Notes: generated by a model not told the origin, from the letters alone. DNA of 64,000 nt from Candidatus Altiarchaeales archaeon (GCA_963749405.1 CAVVMY010000013.1:1-64000), one strand, 5' to 3'; counted from the first letter of the stretch, positions 28,853 to 37,259 are shown. Translations and numbers: made by a program.

Positions 28853-29336
28853 CCTTGCAATCTTCTTTTACCGCGCCTTTATCAAAACGCGTCTCCTCTA
28901 TGTAATTAGGCGTGATAAACTTCCTGTTAACATCCCTGATAAGCGAATCACAATCCTGCTTGATCTTCTCCAGGTTGGCAACGATCCTCATCCTCTCCTG
29001 CTCCACGTCATCTATCATCTCATAAGGCTCAATAGCAGTCTTAAAATCATCCACCTCAACCATCGTATAATCAGAACGATTCATCTGCCTGGAAATCTTC
29101 CTGCAAACCTTCTCAAGCCACAGATTCATCTCAACCTTCACGCGGCCGCGGATCATCTTATCCTTGTCCAGCTCGTCCTTCATGATCCTCACAACAGGCG
29201 CCATGGCAAAGGCGAACTTGCTCTCGTCTATGACCTCTTCGCCGGCTATAGCCTCGGGGGCGGCAGCGACAGCGTCAGTCTCATCAGAAACATCTTCTTC
29301 CACATCTGCATCCGAATCCTTATCCACTTTGACCAT
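28842..29336 (-). CDS. Histone-fold domain protein with long acidic N-terminal tail (DUF1931-like)
   Basis: FAFAMAPVVRIMKDELDKDKMIRGRVKVEMNLWLEKVCRKISRQMNRSDYTMVEVDDFKTAIE resembles the archaeal histone-fold pattern (PIAPV.RIIK … TV..EDI..A). D/E-rich N-terminal 45 aa. Confidence 0.45.
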   Translation of the reverse strand: MVKVDKDSDADVEEDVSDETDAVAAAPEAIAGEEVIDESKFAFAMAPVVRIMKDELDKDKMIRGRVKVEMNLWLEKVCRKISRQMNRSDYTMVEVDDFKTAIEPYEMIDDVEQERMRIVANLEKIKQDCDSLIRDVNRKFITPNYIEETRFDKGAVKEDCKDGI

Positions 29337-29509
29337 CTTTTACAAGCCTCTTATATACTTTAAGATAATACTAAAAAGATACTATAATAGATAGAGAATA
29401 TATGAGATTACAGCCTAAAAAAGCCCGAAAAACCCCATAAAACACCCATAAGACACACAGGATTTAAAGATAAAAACGGAAGAATATTAACGCTATTTCT
29501 AACCAAAAA

Positions 29510-29583
29510 GCTGGGGTAGCCTAGCCCGGTCAGGCAGTCGCCTGCAGAGCGACCCCACAGGAGTTCAAATCTCTTCCCCAGCT
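29510..29583 (+). tRNA. tRNA-Cys (anticodon GCA)
   Basis: GCTGGGGTAGCCTAGCCCGGTCAGGCAGTCGCCTGCAGAGCGACCCCACAGGAGTTCAAATCTCTTCCCCAGCT. Cloverleaf with anticodon loop CTGCAGA and T-loop TTCAAAT. Confidence 0.85.
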
Positions 29584-29797
29584 AGCCTCCCCTCTTTAAA
29601 AAAGGGATTGCTAGGATCCCAAAAGAAAAAGGATGTGGGGTCTGAAGACCCCACTGGTTCGATTTATAACCTCTTGCTTATCTTTTTTTCCTTTGTTTTC
29701 TCTCCTTTTCGGTCTGCGCCGAACAAATCCGTCTGAGTTTTTATATAATGGCGTTAAGATAAGTAATCATCTAATCCGGTTTATTCACTTAAGAGAA

Positions 29798-31549
29798 ATG
29801 AAAGCAGGCGATTATGTTTTGATGCTGGCGGCTGCGGCAGCCATTCTTTTGGTATGCGGATGCGCTCAGAATAATGGTCCTGCGACAAATGCGACCAATG
29901 AAACAAGGCTCATCGGCGGGGATCGCGATGTGCACGGATGCCTTGGGCCTGCAGGATACAGCTGGAATGCATCGATCGGCGCATGCGTCCGGGAGTGGGA
30001 ACTGGATGCGAGCCAGCGGAGGGCGGTTATGGTCGCCGTAGCCCCCATTAGTTACCCTGTGACGGTGGTGGGCGTTGACTCCATTGATCGTTGCGTGAAC
30101 TGCTACGTCGTGCATCTGCAGAGGAACGACAACGGGAACACGTTGGACATATCTGTTGAAGACGGTAGAATAGTGCAGCAGCATGAGATCAAAAACATGT
30201 CCCTCGCGGAGGCGATGCAGATAGCCGCCGGCAGCGACTGCGTGAAGGAAGGAAAGCTCCTTGACACCAATACCTATAATTCATACACGAATACGTGGTG
30301 GATAGACCTCGACGTCAAAAAGGAGGGATGCAGTCCTGCATGCGTCGTCAGCGAAGAAACAAGGACTGCGGAGATAAACTGGAGATGCACAGGGCTTATG
30401 CCTCCGATTAATTCAACTACTCCAGAGACTGTCGCCGCCGGAAACAACCAGTTCGCATTGGATCTCTACTCCAAATACAAGTCTGACGACGGCAACGTCT
30501 TCTTCTCTCCTTACAGTATTGAGACTGCGCTTGCTATGACCTATGAAGGCGCGAGAGGGCAGACAGCCGATGAAATGCAGTCTGTCCTGCATTTCCCGAA
30601 AGATGATCAGGAGAGAAGGAACGGTTTTGCGGCAATTTATGAGCAGATCAATCGGAAGGACAAGAACTATACTCTCAGCACTGCGAATGCTTTGTGGGCG
30701 CAGAAGGATTATTACTTCCTGCCTGACTACTTGGACATTACCGGGAAATACTACGACGGGAATGTGACGAACCTTGATTTTGTTAGAGATGCCGAGAATT
30801 CCAGACTGACGATAAACAGTTGGGTTGAGAATCAGACAAACGACAAGATAACGGACCTTATACCTCCGGGAGTAATCGATGCGTCAACCCGTCTTGTCCT
30901 GACAAATGCCATCTATTTCAAAGGAACATGGGTCAAGCAGTTCGACAAAGATAATACCCAGGAGCAGGACTTCAGAGTAAGCCCCAGCACGACAGTTAAA
31001 GCCCAGATGATGAGCCTCACAGGAGAAGATGCCGTCTTCAACTACACAGAAACCGATCAGGCGCAGATACTGGAGCTTCCGTATGCAGGAAACGATCTAT
31101 CCATGCTCATATTTTTGCCCAAAGGAGACGATATAAATTCTCTGGAGGGGTCGCTTAGTGCAGGAAATCTCGCAGCCTGGGAAAACAGCATGAGCGAAGA
31201 GAACGTCAACGTCTACATGCCAAAATACAAATTCGAGACAAAGTATTACATGACTGACACCCTCAAAGAGATGGGCATGCCGACCGCGTTCTCAGGCGAT
31301 GCGGATTTCTCTGGGATGACAGGGAAAAAGGATCTGTTCATAAGCGACGTGATACATCAGGCATACATTGAAGTCAACGAAGAAGGAACAGAAGCAGCTG
31401 CGGCAACCGGGGTGATAATGGGAGCAACATCCGTCGGGCCAAGCCAGGTAAAGACGTTCAACGCAGATCATCCCTTCATATTCCTGATACAGGACAAGAC
31501 GACAGGAGCGATCCTTTTCATGGGGCGGGTGAATGATCCGACGAAATAG
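29798..31549 (+). CDS. Serpin (serine protease inhibitor) lipoprotein with extra ~250-aa N-terminal Cys-containing domain
   Basis: C-terminal EVNEEGTEAAAATGVIMGATS (hinge/RCL) and FNADHPFIFLIQDKTTGAILFMGRVNDP (serpin signature). N-terminal MKAGDYVLMLAAAAAILLVCGCAQNN looks like a lipobox-type signal peptide. The ORF-track start at 29633 is a spurious upstream extension. Confidence 0.8.
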   Translation: MKAGDYVLMLAAAAAILLVCGCAQNNGPATNATNETRLIGGDRDVHGCLGPAGYSWNASIGACVREWELDASQRRAVMVAVAPISYPVTVVGVDSIDRCVNCYVVHLQRNDNGNTLDISVEDGRIVQQHEIKNMSLAEAMQIAAGSDCVKEGKLLDTNTYNSYTNTWWIDLDVKKEGCSPACVVSEETRTAEINWRCTGLMPPINSTTPETVAAGNNQFALDLYSKYKSDDGNVFFSPYSIETALAMTYEGARGQTADEMQSVLHFPKDDQERRNGFAAIYEQINRKDKNYTLSTANALWAQKDYYFLPDYLDITGKYYDGNVTNLDFVRDAENSRLTINSWVENQTNDKITDLIPPGVIDASTRLVLTNAIYFKGTWVKQFDKDNTQEQDFRVSPSTTVKAQMMSLTGEDAVFNYTETDQAQILELPYAGNDLSMLIFLPKGDDINSLEGSLSAGNLAAWENSMSEENVNVYMPKYKFETKYYMTDTLKEMGMPTAFSGDADFSGMTGKKDLFISDVIHQAYIEVNEEGTEAAAATGVIMGATSVGPSQVKTFNADHPFIFLIQDKTTGAILFMGRVNDPTK

Positions 31550-31550
31550 G

Positions 31551-32115
31551 ATTTATTTTTATCGTAATACCCCGCTGCTTGCAGCGGGGTCGTTCCCCTT
31601 GCAAGTAAATAGGTTTTGTGTGTAAATAATTGTGTGGATTTAGGTAGGGCTTCGCATTGTGTGTATAAGATTAGGTATCATATGGTTTTGTGTGTGAAGT
31701 ATCGCAAGGGGCTGATTAGGGGGGAGTTGGAATCGTATCTCTGTGAAGTTTTGAAGGGTATTGGCGATAGGTATGAGTTTGAGTTGGATGCCGTTGGTTG
31801 CGACGGTAATCACGTGCACGCCTTTGTTGGGGCTGCTCCCAGGTATGCCCCTGCCAGGGTGATGCAGGTGATGAAAAGCGTATCTGCCCGCCTGCTCTTT
31901 GAGCGTTTTCCAGAGGTTAGGAAAACGCTTTGGGGAGCAGAGTTTTGGAGTGATGGCGGATACGTAGGAACTGTTGGAGACGGCGTAACAGAGGACATAA
32001 TCAGAAGATATGTTGAGCAGCAAGGCTCCCCTGAAGAGAAAGAAGATTACGCTCAAATGAAGCTTACCACGTTTACGTCGTAAATACCCCGCAGCTTGCT
32101 GCGGGGATATTTATT
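31551..32115 (+). mobile_element. IS200/IS605-family insertion sequence, copy 1 (tnpA only, ~565 bp, subterminal hairpins)
   Basis: Identical to 34496..35060 over 565 bp. Left hairpin CCCCGCTGCTTGCAGCGGGG, right hairpin CCCCGCAGCTTGCTGCGGGG. Encodes a Y1 HUH transposase. Confidence 0.85.
31616..32083 (+). CDS. tnpA: IS200/IS605 TnpA (Y1 HUH transposase)
   Basis: YHMVLCVKYRKGLIRGELESYLCEVL…GNHVHAFVGAAPRYAPARVMQVMKSVSARLLFERFPEVRKTLWGAEFWSDGGYVGTVG, with HxH and catalytic Y motifs. 155 aa. Confidence 0.85.
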   Translation: MCVNNCVDLGRASHCVYKIRYHMVLCVKYRKGLIRGELESYLCEVLKGIGDRYEFELDAVGCDGNHVHAFVGAAPRYAPARVMQVMKSVSARLLFERFPEVRKTLWGAEFWSDGGYVGTVGDGVTEDIIRRYVEQQGSPEEKEDYAQMKLTTFTS

Positions 32116-32141
32116 ATTATAAAACAAAGATTTCTACAACA

Positions 32142-32372
32142 ATGACCCCGCCATTAGAACCCCCACTTGGGCGAGAGATGATCCTGGGAATAATCCATCC
32201 CTTCTTTGTATATACACTCCTCATAGTCATAATCTTGGCGTTGATATTCTACTGGCTCATAAGGAACACAGGAAAGAAAGAGTCATCCCTTGAACTTCTT
32301 AAAAAGAGATACGCCAGCGGAAAAATAGACCGTGAGACGTTCAATGCAATGAAAAAAGACCTTGCAGAGTGA
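32142..32372 (+). CDS. SHOCT-domain small membrane protein (76 aa)
   Basis: One TM (ILGIIHPFFVYTLLIVIILALIFYWLI) plus C-terminal LELLKKRYASGKIDRETFNAMKKDLAE, a SHOCT-like short C-terminal domain. Confidence 0.6.
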   Translation: MTPPLEPPLGREMILGIIHPFFVYTLLIVIILALIFYWLIRNTGKKESSLELLKKRYASGKIDRETFNAMKKDLAE

Positions 32373-32575
32373 GAATATCTTCGAGTCTGAAGGAAAAAGC
32401 TGGAAATACCCACTTTTAAGTATTAAATCCAAGTATATATCCGACGTAGGTGCATTTTTAGAAAAATATTGCTTTTTTCTTTGCAAGTTTTCTAACAGAC
32501 ACCTGCGATATATAAAAGAGGTAAATAAACGAAAATGGCATATGGAGACAACAAAGGCGGCTACGGAGACGAGAG

Positions 32576-32698
32576 ATGCATAAAGTAACCTGCTCCGACT
32601 GCGGAAAAGAAACGGAAGTTCCGTTCAAGCCGTCAGGTGACAGACCTGTATATTGCAAGGAATGTTACCAGAAACACAGACCACCGAGAAGATACTAA
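32576..32698 (+). CDS. Small zinc-ribbon protein (40 aa; below ORF-track cutoff)
   Basis: MHKVTCSDCGKETEVPFKPSGDRPVYCKECYQKHRPPRRY: CxxC-x17-CxxC, basic C-terminus. ATG at 32576, TAA at 32696. Confidence 0.45.
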   Translation: MHKVTCSDCGKETEVPFKPSGDRPVYCKECYQKHRPPRRY

Positions 32699-34495
32699 AA
32701 GATATCTCAGAATCAAAAATATTTTTCTTCGGTAATTTTTTTCTTTTTATTTTACACTAATCCTTCTCATTACGAGTAGTAATCCTTGTTTGTCGGATAC
32801 CAATTCCCATCCAGGCACAGAACTTTGTCGATGGCTGTGTGTTCCTTGTGGATGTACATTGTCGTCATCCATTCAAGGTCGTTTGATCCGTCGCTGTATA
32901 CGTATGATGTAAGGGTTGGATTCATGCTTGGGAAGTCGTTTACTATGTCGGTCTGGGTTTCTCCGTATGTTCCCATAGCGAATTTGCAGAAATTCTCCAT
33001 GTTCGTCGCCTCCCACCGGATATAAGGCAGACTTGTCCAGCACGCCACATGCGATATCATCGTGGTCGTAGTAGTTGTAGATGGCCTAGTAGTAGTCGTC
33101 GTAGTTGATGTGCTTGTGGTGCTGGAAGAGGATGTGGTCGTAGTGGACGTAGTCAGTGAGGTGCTTTCACGTAGAATATCCAGAATTTACCCTGCGCTTG
33201 GAGCGCAGCTTCGGCCTGCATTATATGGGAAAACAGGCGCATTTACACCGTCTGTGCAATTCGCAGTCCAACCATACATGCCTTCAGGCACGTTGTTAAG
33301 TATAAAATAGTTAATTTCTAGTTTGTTAACGCCTGTATACGTTTTATCGATTTTCCAACTGCCAGACACATTCGTCCACAAAGAACAATTCAACTTATCC
33401 GTATTATCATCCGTCACGTTAAACTTCAAAGTCCCAAACGAGTATACAAAGTGGTCGAAGTAGGATGAGTAGTGGTTGTAGTAGTTGTGCTTGTCGTCGT
33501 AGGATGAGTAGTGGTGGTAGTAGTATAGCATTCTATATAATCGACGTCCACCCCCCAAGCGGTTCCTGACGCGTCTGATGTAAATGTCAACCATACAGCG
33601 TTCTCATAAGTGTTTCTCAACGCATGGCTTGATTGGCTTCCTGACCAGCTTCCGCTGTCTCCGTTGCTTGCAGCATAACCGAACCAGTCGTTGGAGGCCA
33701 CGGAATAATTATCGTCTATCATCAAAATGGCTCCTTTTGGGCAGGTGTATGTTCCTGACACGCAGTTCATGCTGTTGCCGTAGGGATGTGGTGTTCTGAA
33801 GTATATACTATTTACTCCAGCTACGAGAGTAACGGAAGGGGAGTAAGTACATGAAGCAGGAGTCGTAGTAGTTGTGGTTGTAGTAGCTTTGGTGGTTGTT
33901 GTAGTTGGATGAGTTGTGGTTGTAGTGGCTTTGGTGGTCGTAGTGGTGGAAACACATGAGTTGTTGACTTGTACGTTAATCGTTTCCAAATTAGTCCAGC
34001 CGTCTGCCTGTGGGATGGTGAACGAACCTATCTCGCATGCACTGCTCCTCCACGAGCCGTTCAGGTCGGGACAGAAGTCTATTTGTAAGGTGTCATCTTT
34101 GTCTTCTGAGCAGAAGGCGTTTATGTCATCAATATAGAGAGTATAATTATGCCCTGCAGTGACGCTTGAAAATACGTTGCTGATATAGTTGTTAATAGTG
34201 TTCATGCAACCATACGGAGCCTGGTACAACTGAGTAGTTGATGAATTGCCTATCAAATCGCTTCTGAGAATAATATTACCTCCTGTGCACTCATTGTTCG
34301 CAGGGCCGCATGAGTTAGCAAATGCGCCTATCTGGGATCCTGATTCGAACGTCCATGCGACCAGCATAGGAGTACTGCTCCAACTCCAATCAGACCCTCC
34401 TCTTCCGTTGTTACAGTGGAAAGTCACCCCGCTTATGCTGTCGATGCTTACGCTGTCTCCCGGGCATAGGAGCAGGTTGTGGTTGGTCGGATTCC

Positions 34496-35060
34496 ATTTA
34501 TTTTTATCGTAATACCCCGCTGCTTGCAGCGGGGTCGTTCCCCTTGCAAGTAAATAGGTTTTGTGTGTAAATAATTGTGTGGATTTAGGTAGGGCTTCGC
34601 ATTGTGTGTATAAGATTAGGTATCATATGGTTTTGTGTGTGAAGTATCGCAAGGGGCTGATTAGGGGGGAGTTGGAATCGTATCTCTGTGAAGTTTTGAA
34701 GGGTATTGGCGATAGGTATGAGTTTGAGTTGGATGCCGTTGGTTGCGACGGTAATCACGTGCACGCCTTTGTTGGGGCTGCTCCCAGGTATGCCCCTGCC
34801 AGGGTGATGCAGGTGATGAAAAGCGTATCTGCCCGCCTGCTCTTTGAGCGTTTTCCAGAGGTTAGGAAAACGCTTTGGGGAGCAGAGTTTTGGAGTGATG
34901 GCGGATACGTAGGAACTGTTGGAGACGGCGTAACAGAGGACATAATCAGAAGATATGTTGAGCAGCAAGGCTCCCCTGAAGAGAAAGAAGATTACGCTCA
35001 AATGAAGCTTACCACGTTTACGTCGTAAATACCCCGCAGCTTGCTGCGGGGATATTTATT
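34496..35060 (+). mobile_element. IS200/IS605-family insertion sequence, copy 2 (identical to copy 1)
   Basis: 100% identical 565 bp. Inserted inside the surface-protein gene. Same orientation as copy 1, 2380 bp downstream. Confidence 0.85.
34561..35028 (+). CDS. tnpA: IS200/IS605 TnpA (Y1 HUH transposase), second copy
   Basis: Protein identical to 31616..32083. Confidence 0.85.
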   Translation: MCVNNCVDLGRASHCVYKIRYHMVLCVKYRKGLIRGELESYLCEVLKGIGDRYEFELDAVGCDGNHVHAFVGAAPRYAPARVMQVMKSVSARLLFERFPEVRKTLWGAEFWSDGGYVGTVGDGVTEDIIRRYVEQQGSPEEKEDYAQMKLTTFTS

Positions 35061-35420
35061 TATATCCAGTCGGGCCAGAGACGTCGACGTTGTAGGTGAT
35101 GGTGCCGGATTTATAAGTCAGCCATTGACAGTGATTGCCGGTCAGGATTCTCCAGCTGCATAGCGTAGCTGATGTATTCTGAGACAAGGGTACCAGCAAA
35201 AAGGCAGCTATTAGGAGGAGCATCATTACCTGATTTTTTTCCTCACATAAGCCTTTTATTTTTTTGTTTCCTTTTTCCTGCTTCTTCTTTTTTCTTAGTA
35301 AGCTTTGTAAAAACTTGTCGTCATCCATTGAGCCAAAATACACAGACTGCGCAATAAACAAACAAACCAAAAAACAAACAAGCAATCTCTTGGACATTTT
35401 AAAACCCGACACTTTTACAT

Positions 35421-35460
35421 TATATATTAGGTAAATAGTTTATATATTAGGTAAATAGTT
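35421..35460 (+). repeat. Perfect tandem duplication of a 20-bp AT-rich unit (tatatattaggtaaatagtt x2) in the ftr promoter region
   Basis: Direct reading. A related motif tatataaattaggtaaatg sits at 63137-63155 upstream of the radical-SAM gene. Confidence 0.6.
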
Positions 35461-35530
35461 TAAATAAAATACATTACATTAATCAAACCATACGGCAGAA
35501 TTGATATCTGCAAAAAAGATAAATAAGAAA

Positions 35531-36427
35531 ATGGATCTGAAAATCAACAACGTAGCGGTGGAAGACACATACTGCGAAGCATTCGACGGACTGTATGCGC
35601 GGCTCCTCATCACTGCAAGGGACGATAAACGGCTCAGGAAGGCAGCTGAAGGATCCACTGCACTGCCCTGCACGGTCTTCGGGGAATCCGAAGGCGGAGT
35701 AGAGAGATATCTCTCCAAAAAGGAGACACCGGACGGACGAGCTGGGGCGATCATACAAATCTGGGTCGGCGCAGGGAGCAGCGGACCTGCAAAACTCGAA
35801 TACGAACTGGGAAAGAGGATAAGGCAGGGCATACTGGTCGTACCAACGACGAGGATATTTGACTGCTCAGACAGCCCGGACAAAATGGACATGATGGCAA
35901 AGGTGGGCCACTGCGGAGACGGATACGAGCATGTCGAGACGCGGTATGGACGGGAAATGATAAACATCCCCCTGATGATGGGAGAATTCCTGATAGAAAG
36001 ACGGATCGGCTACTCTAAAGGCGTCATGGGCGGAAACATCTGGATAATGTGCGAAACCGAGGACGCCGGCCTGAAAGCAGGGGATGCGGCAGTCGAAGCC
36101 GTTAACAGGACAGAAGGAACTATCGCATCATTCGACGTCTGCTCTGCGGGATCGAAAGTCGAGACACGGTATCCGGAGATCGGACCCACCACCAATCACC
36201 CATACTGCCCGACGCTTAAGGGGAAGATACCGGACTACAGGGTACCGGAAGGGGTTACGTCTATACCTGAGATCGTGATAAACGGGACGACGCTGGATGC
36301 TGTAAAAGAGGCGATGAAAGCCGGACTGTCGGCGGCTGCGAACGTCAAAGGAGTTAAAAAATTGTCGGCTGGGAATTACTGGGGGAAACTGGGGAGACAC
36401 CACATTTACCTGAAGGACCTTATTTAA
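35531..36427 (+). CDS. ftr: Formylmethanofuran--tetrahydromethanopterin N-formyltransferase
   Basis: [29 protein letters not shown]… matches the Ftr N-terminus (MEINGVEIEDTFAEAFD…). ~298 aa. The ORF-track start at 35501 is probably an upstream extension. Confidence 0.8.
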   Translation: MDLKINNVAVEDTYCEAFDGLYARLLITARDDKRLRKAAEGSTALPCTVFGESEGGVERYLSKKETPDGRAGAIIQIWVGAGSSGPAKLEYELGKRIRQGILVVPTTRIFDCSDSPDKMDMMAKVGHCGDGYEHVETRYGREMINIPLMMGEFLIERRIGYSKGVMGGNIWIMCETEDAGLKAGDAAVEAVNRTEGTIASFDVCSAGSKVETRYPEIGPTTNHPYCPTLKGKIPDYRVPEGVTSIPEIVINGTTLDAVKEAMKAGLSAAANVKGVKKLSAGNYWGKLGRHHIYLKDLI

Positions 36428-36449
36428 GAGTCCTTCTAATTAATAATAG

Positions 36450-36902
36450 ATGAAAACCAGCAACATCCACTCGGCCGCAACGATAATCCTCGGCCTGCTG
36501 TTTTTGATAAACATACCCTTTGCTTTCCAAGTAAAATACTTATGCGACGGCGTTGAAGTCCCTGATTGCGCATCATGCCATGGAACAGGCTGCGGCCAAG
36601 ACTATAGGTATTCATTCACCTCAATCCTGTTATTTGACTGCCCTTTCCTGTTGTTCCTGACCGGACTGATCACGCTAGTCTATTACCAAGTAAAAAAGAA
36701 AGACCCTGATGCAAGGTGGCTAAGCGCACTCAACCTGGTACCGCTCATAATACTTACTGGAAGCGCAGGCTTTTTCAGTGTATGCGTTCTTGGATTGTGC
36801 TCCAATATACTTAACTTAGGCGTGAACGCTCTAATATTAGGACTGAACATCATATACGCCGTATGGTTATTACGTCGGACAAGAACTGCCACAAAGATTT
36901 AA
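36450..36902 (+). CDS. Hypothetical membrane protein with CxxC motifs (150 aa)
   Basis: 4 predicted TM. DCASCHGTGCGQ Cys cluster in the first loop. Confidence 0.4.
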   Translation: MKTSNIHSAATIILGLLFLINIPFAFQVKYLCDGVEVPDCASCHGTGCGQDYRYSFTSILLFDCPFLLFLTGLITLVYYQVKKKDPDARWLSALNLVPLIILTGSAGFFSVCVLGLCSNILNLGVNALILGLNIIYAVWLLRRTRTATKI

Positions 36903-36936
36903 AAAGGCTAAATACGTATCTTAATTCTATCAAAAC

Positions 36937-37011
36937 GGGCCCGTGGCTCAGCTTGGTTAGAGCACCTGACTGATAATCAGGGGGTCTGGAGTTCAAATCT
37001 CCACGGGCCCA
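36937..37011 (+). tRNA. tRNA-Ile (anticodon GAT)
   Basis: GGGCCCGTGGCTCAGCTTGGTTAGAGCACCTGACTGATAATCAGGGGGTCTGGAGTTCAAATCTCCACGGGCCCA. Anticodon loop CTGATAA. Confidence 0.85.
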
Positions 37012-37102
37012 AAAGCTTTTTCTTTCTTAAGAAGAAATAAAAAGCTTTTCAAGCAAAAAGAAAGAACGTGCCATCTTCGATGGCACTGACGGTTTCAAAC
37101 GA

Positions 37103-37166
37103 CAGGGGGTCTGGATGCCCAACAGGGCATGCAGGCGAAGCCTGCATTCAAATCTCTATGGGCCCA
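37103..37166 (+). other. Diverged partial duplicate of the tRNA-Ile 3' half (variable/T-arm/acceptor 3' strand) carrying a ~31-nt hairpin-forming insertion; not a complete tRNA
   Basis: CAGGGGGTCTGGA[TGCCCAACAGGGCATGCAGGCGAAGCCTGCA]TTCAAATCTCTATGGGCCCA versus the tRNA's CAGGGGGTCTGGAGTTCAAATCTCCACGGGCCCA. No matching 5' half upstream. Both copies are followed by the 17-bp palindromic direct repeat tctttcttaagaagaaa (37021-37037 and 37181-37197). Confidence 0.6.
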
Positions 37167-37259
37167 CTTGTACCCTCTTCTCTTTCTTAAGAAGAAAGAA
37201 TGTGCTATCTAGTGCCGAGGAATAGATAAAACTGCGCCGTCTGCCCTTAATCAGCCGCT

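Larger units (their letters stand above)
32770..35412 (-). pseudogene. Thr-rich secreted/surface protein gene, interrupted by IS copy 2 (signal-peptide part 35061..35412; body 32770..34495 with two further frameshifts)
   Basis: Upstream piece …MMLLLIAAFLLVPLSQNTSATLCSWRILTGNHCQWLTYKSGTITYNVDVSGP… ends 2 codons into the IS. Reading frame resumes at the other IS edge (KNKWNPTNHNLLLCPGDSVSIDS…VTFHCNNGRGGSDW…). Poly-Thr linkers TTTTTKATTTTTHPTTTTT. ORFs 33426..34427, 33187..33594 and 32770..33060 are consecutive frames. Confidence 0.6.

Noticed and set aside
29633-29797. ORF-track start of the serpin at 29633 (MWGLKTPLVRF…)
   Set aside because: The first codons translate the conserved post-tRNA hairpin GGGGTCTGAAGACCCC. 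A lipoprotein-type signal peptide begins at the Met at 29798.
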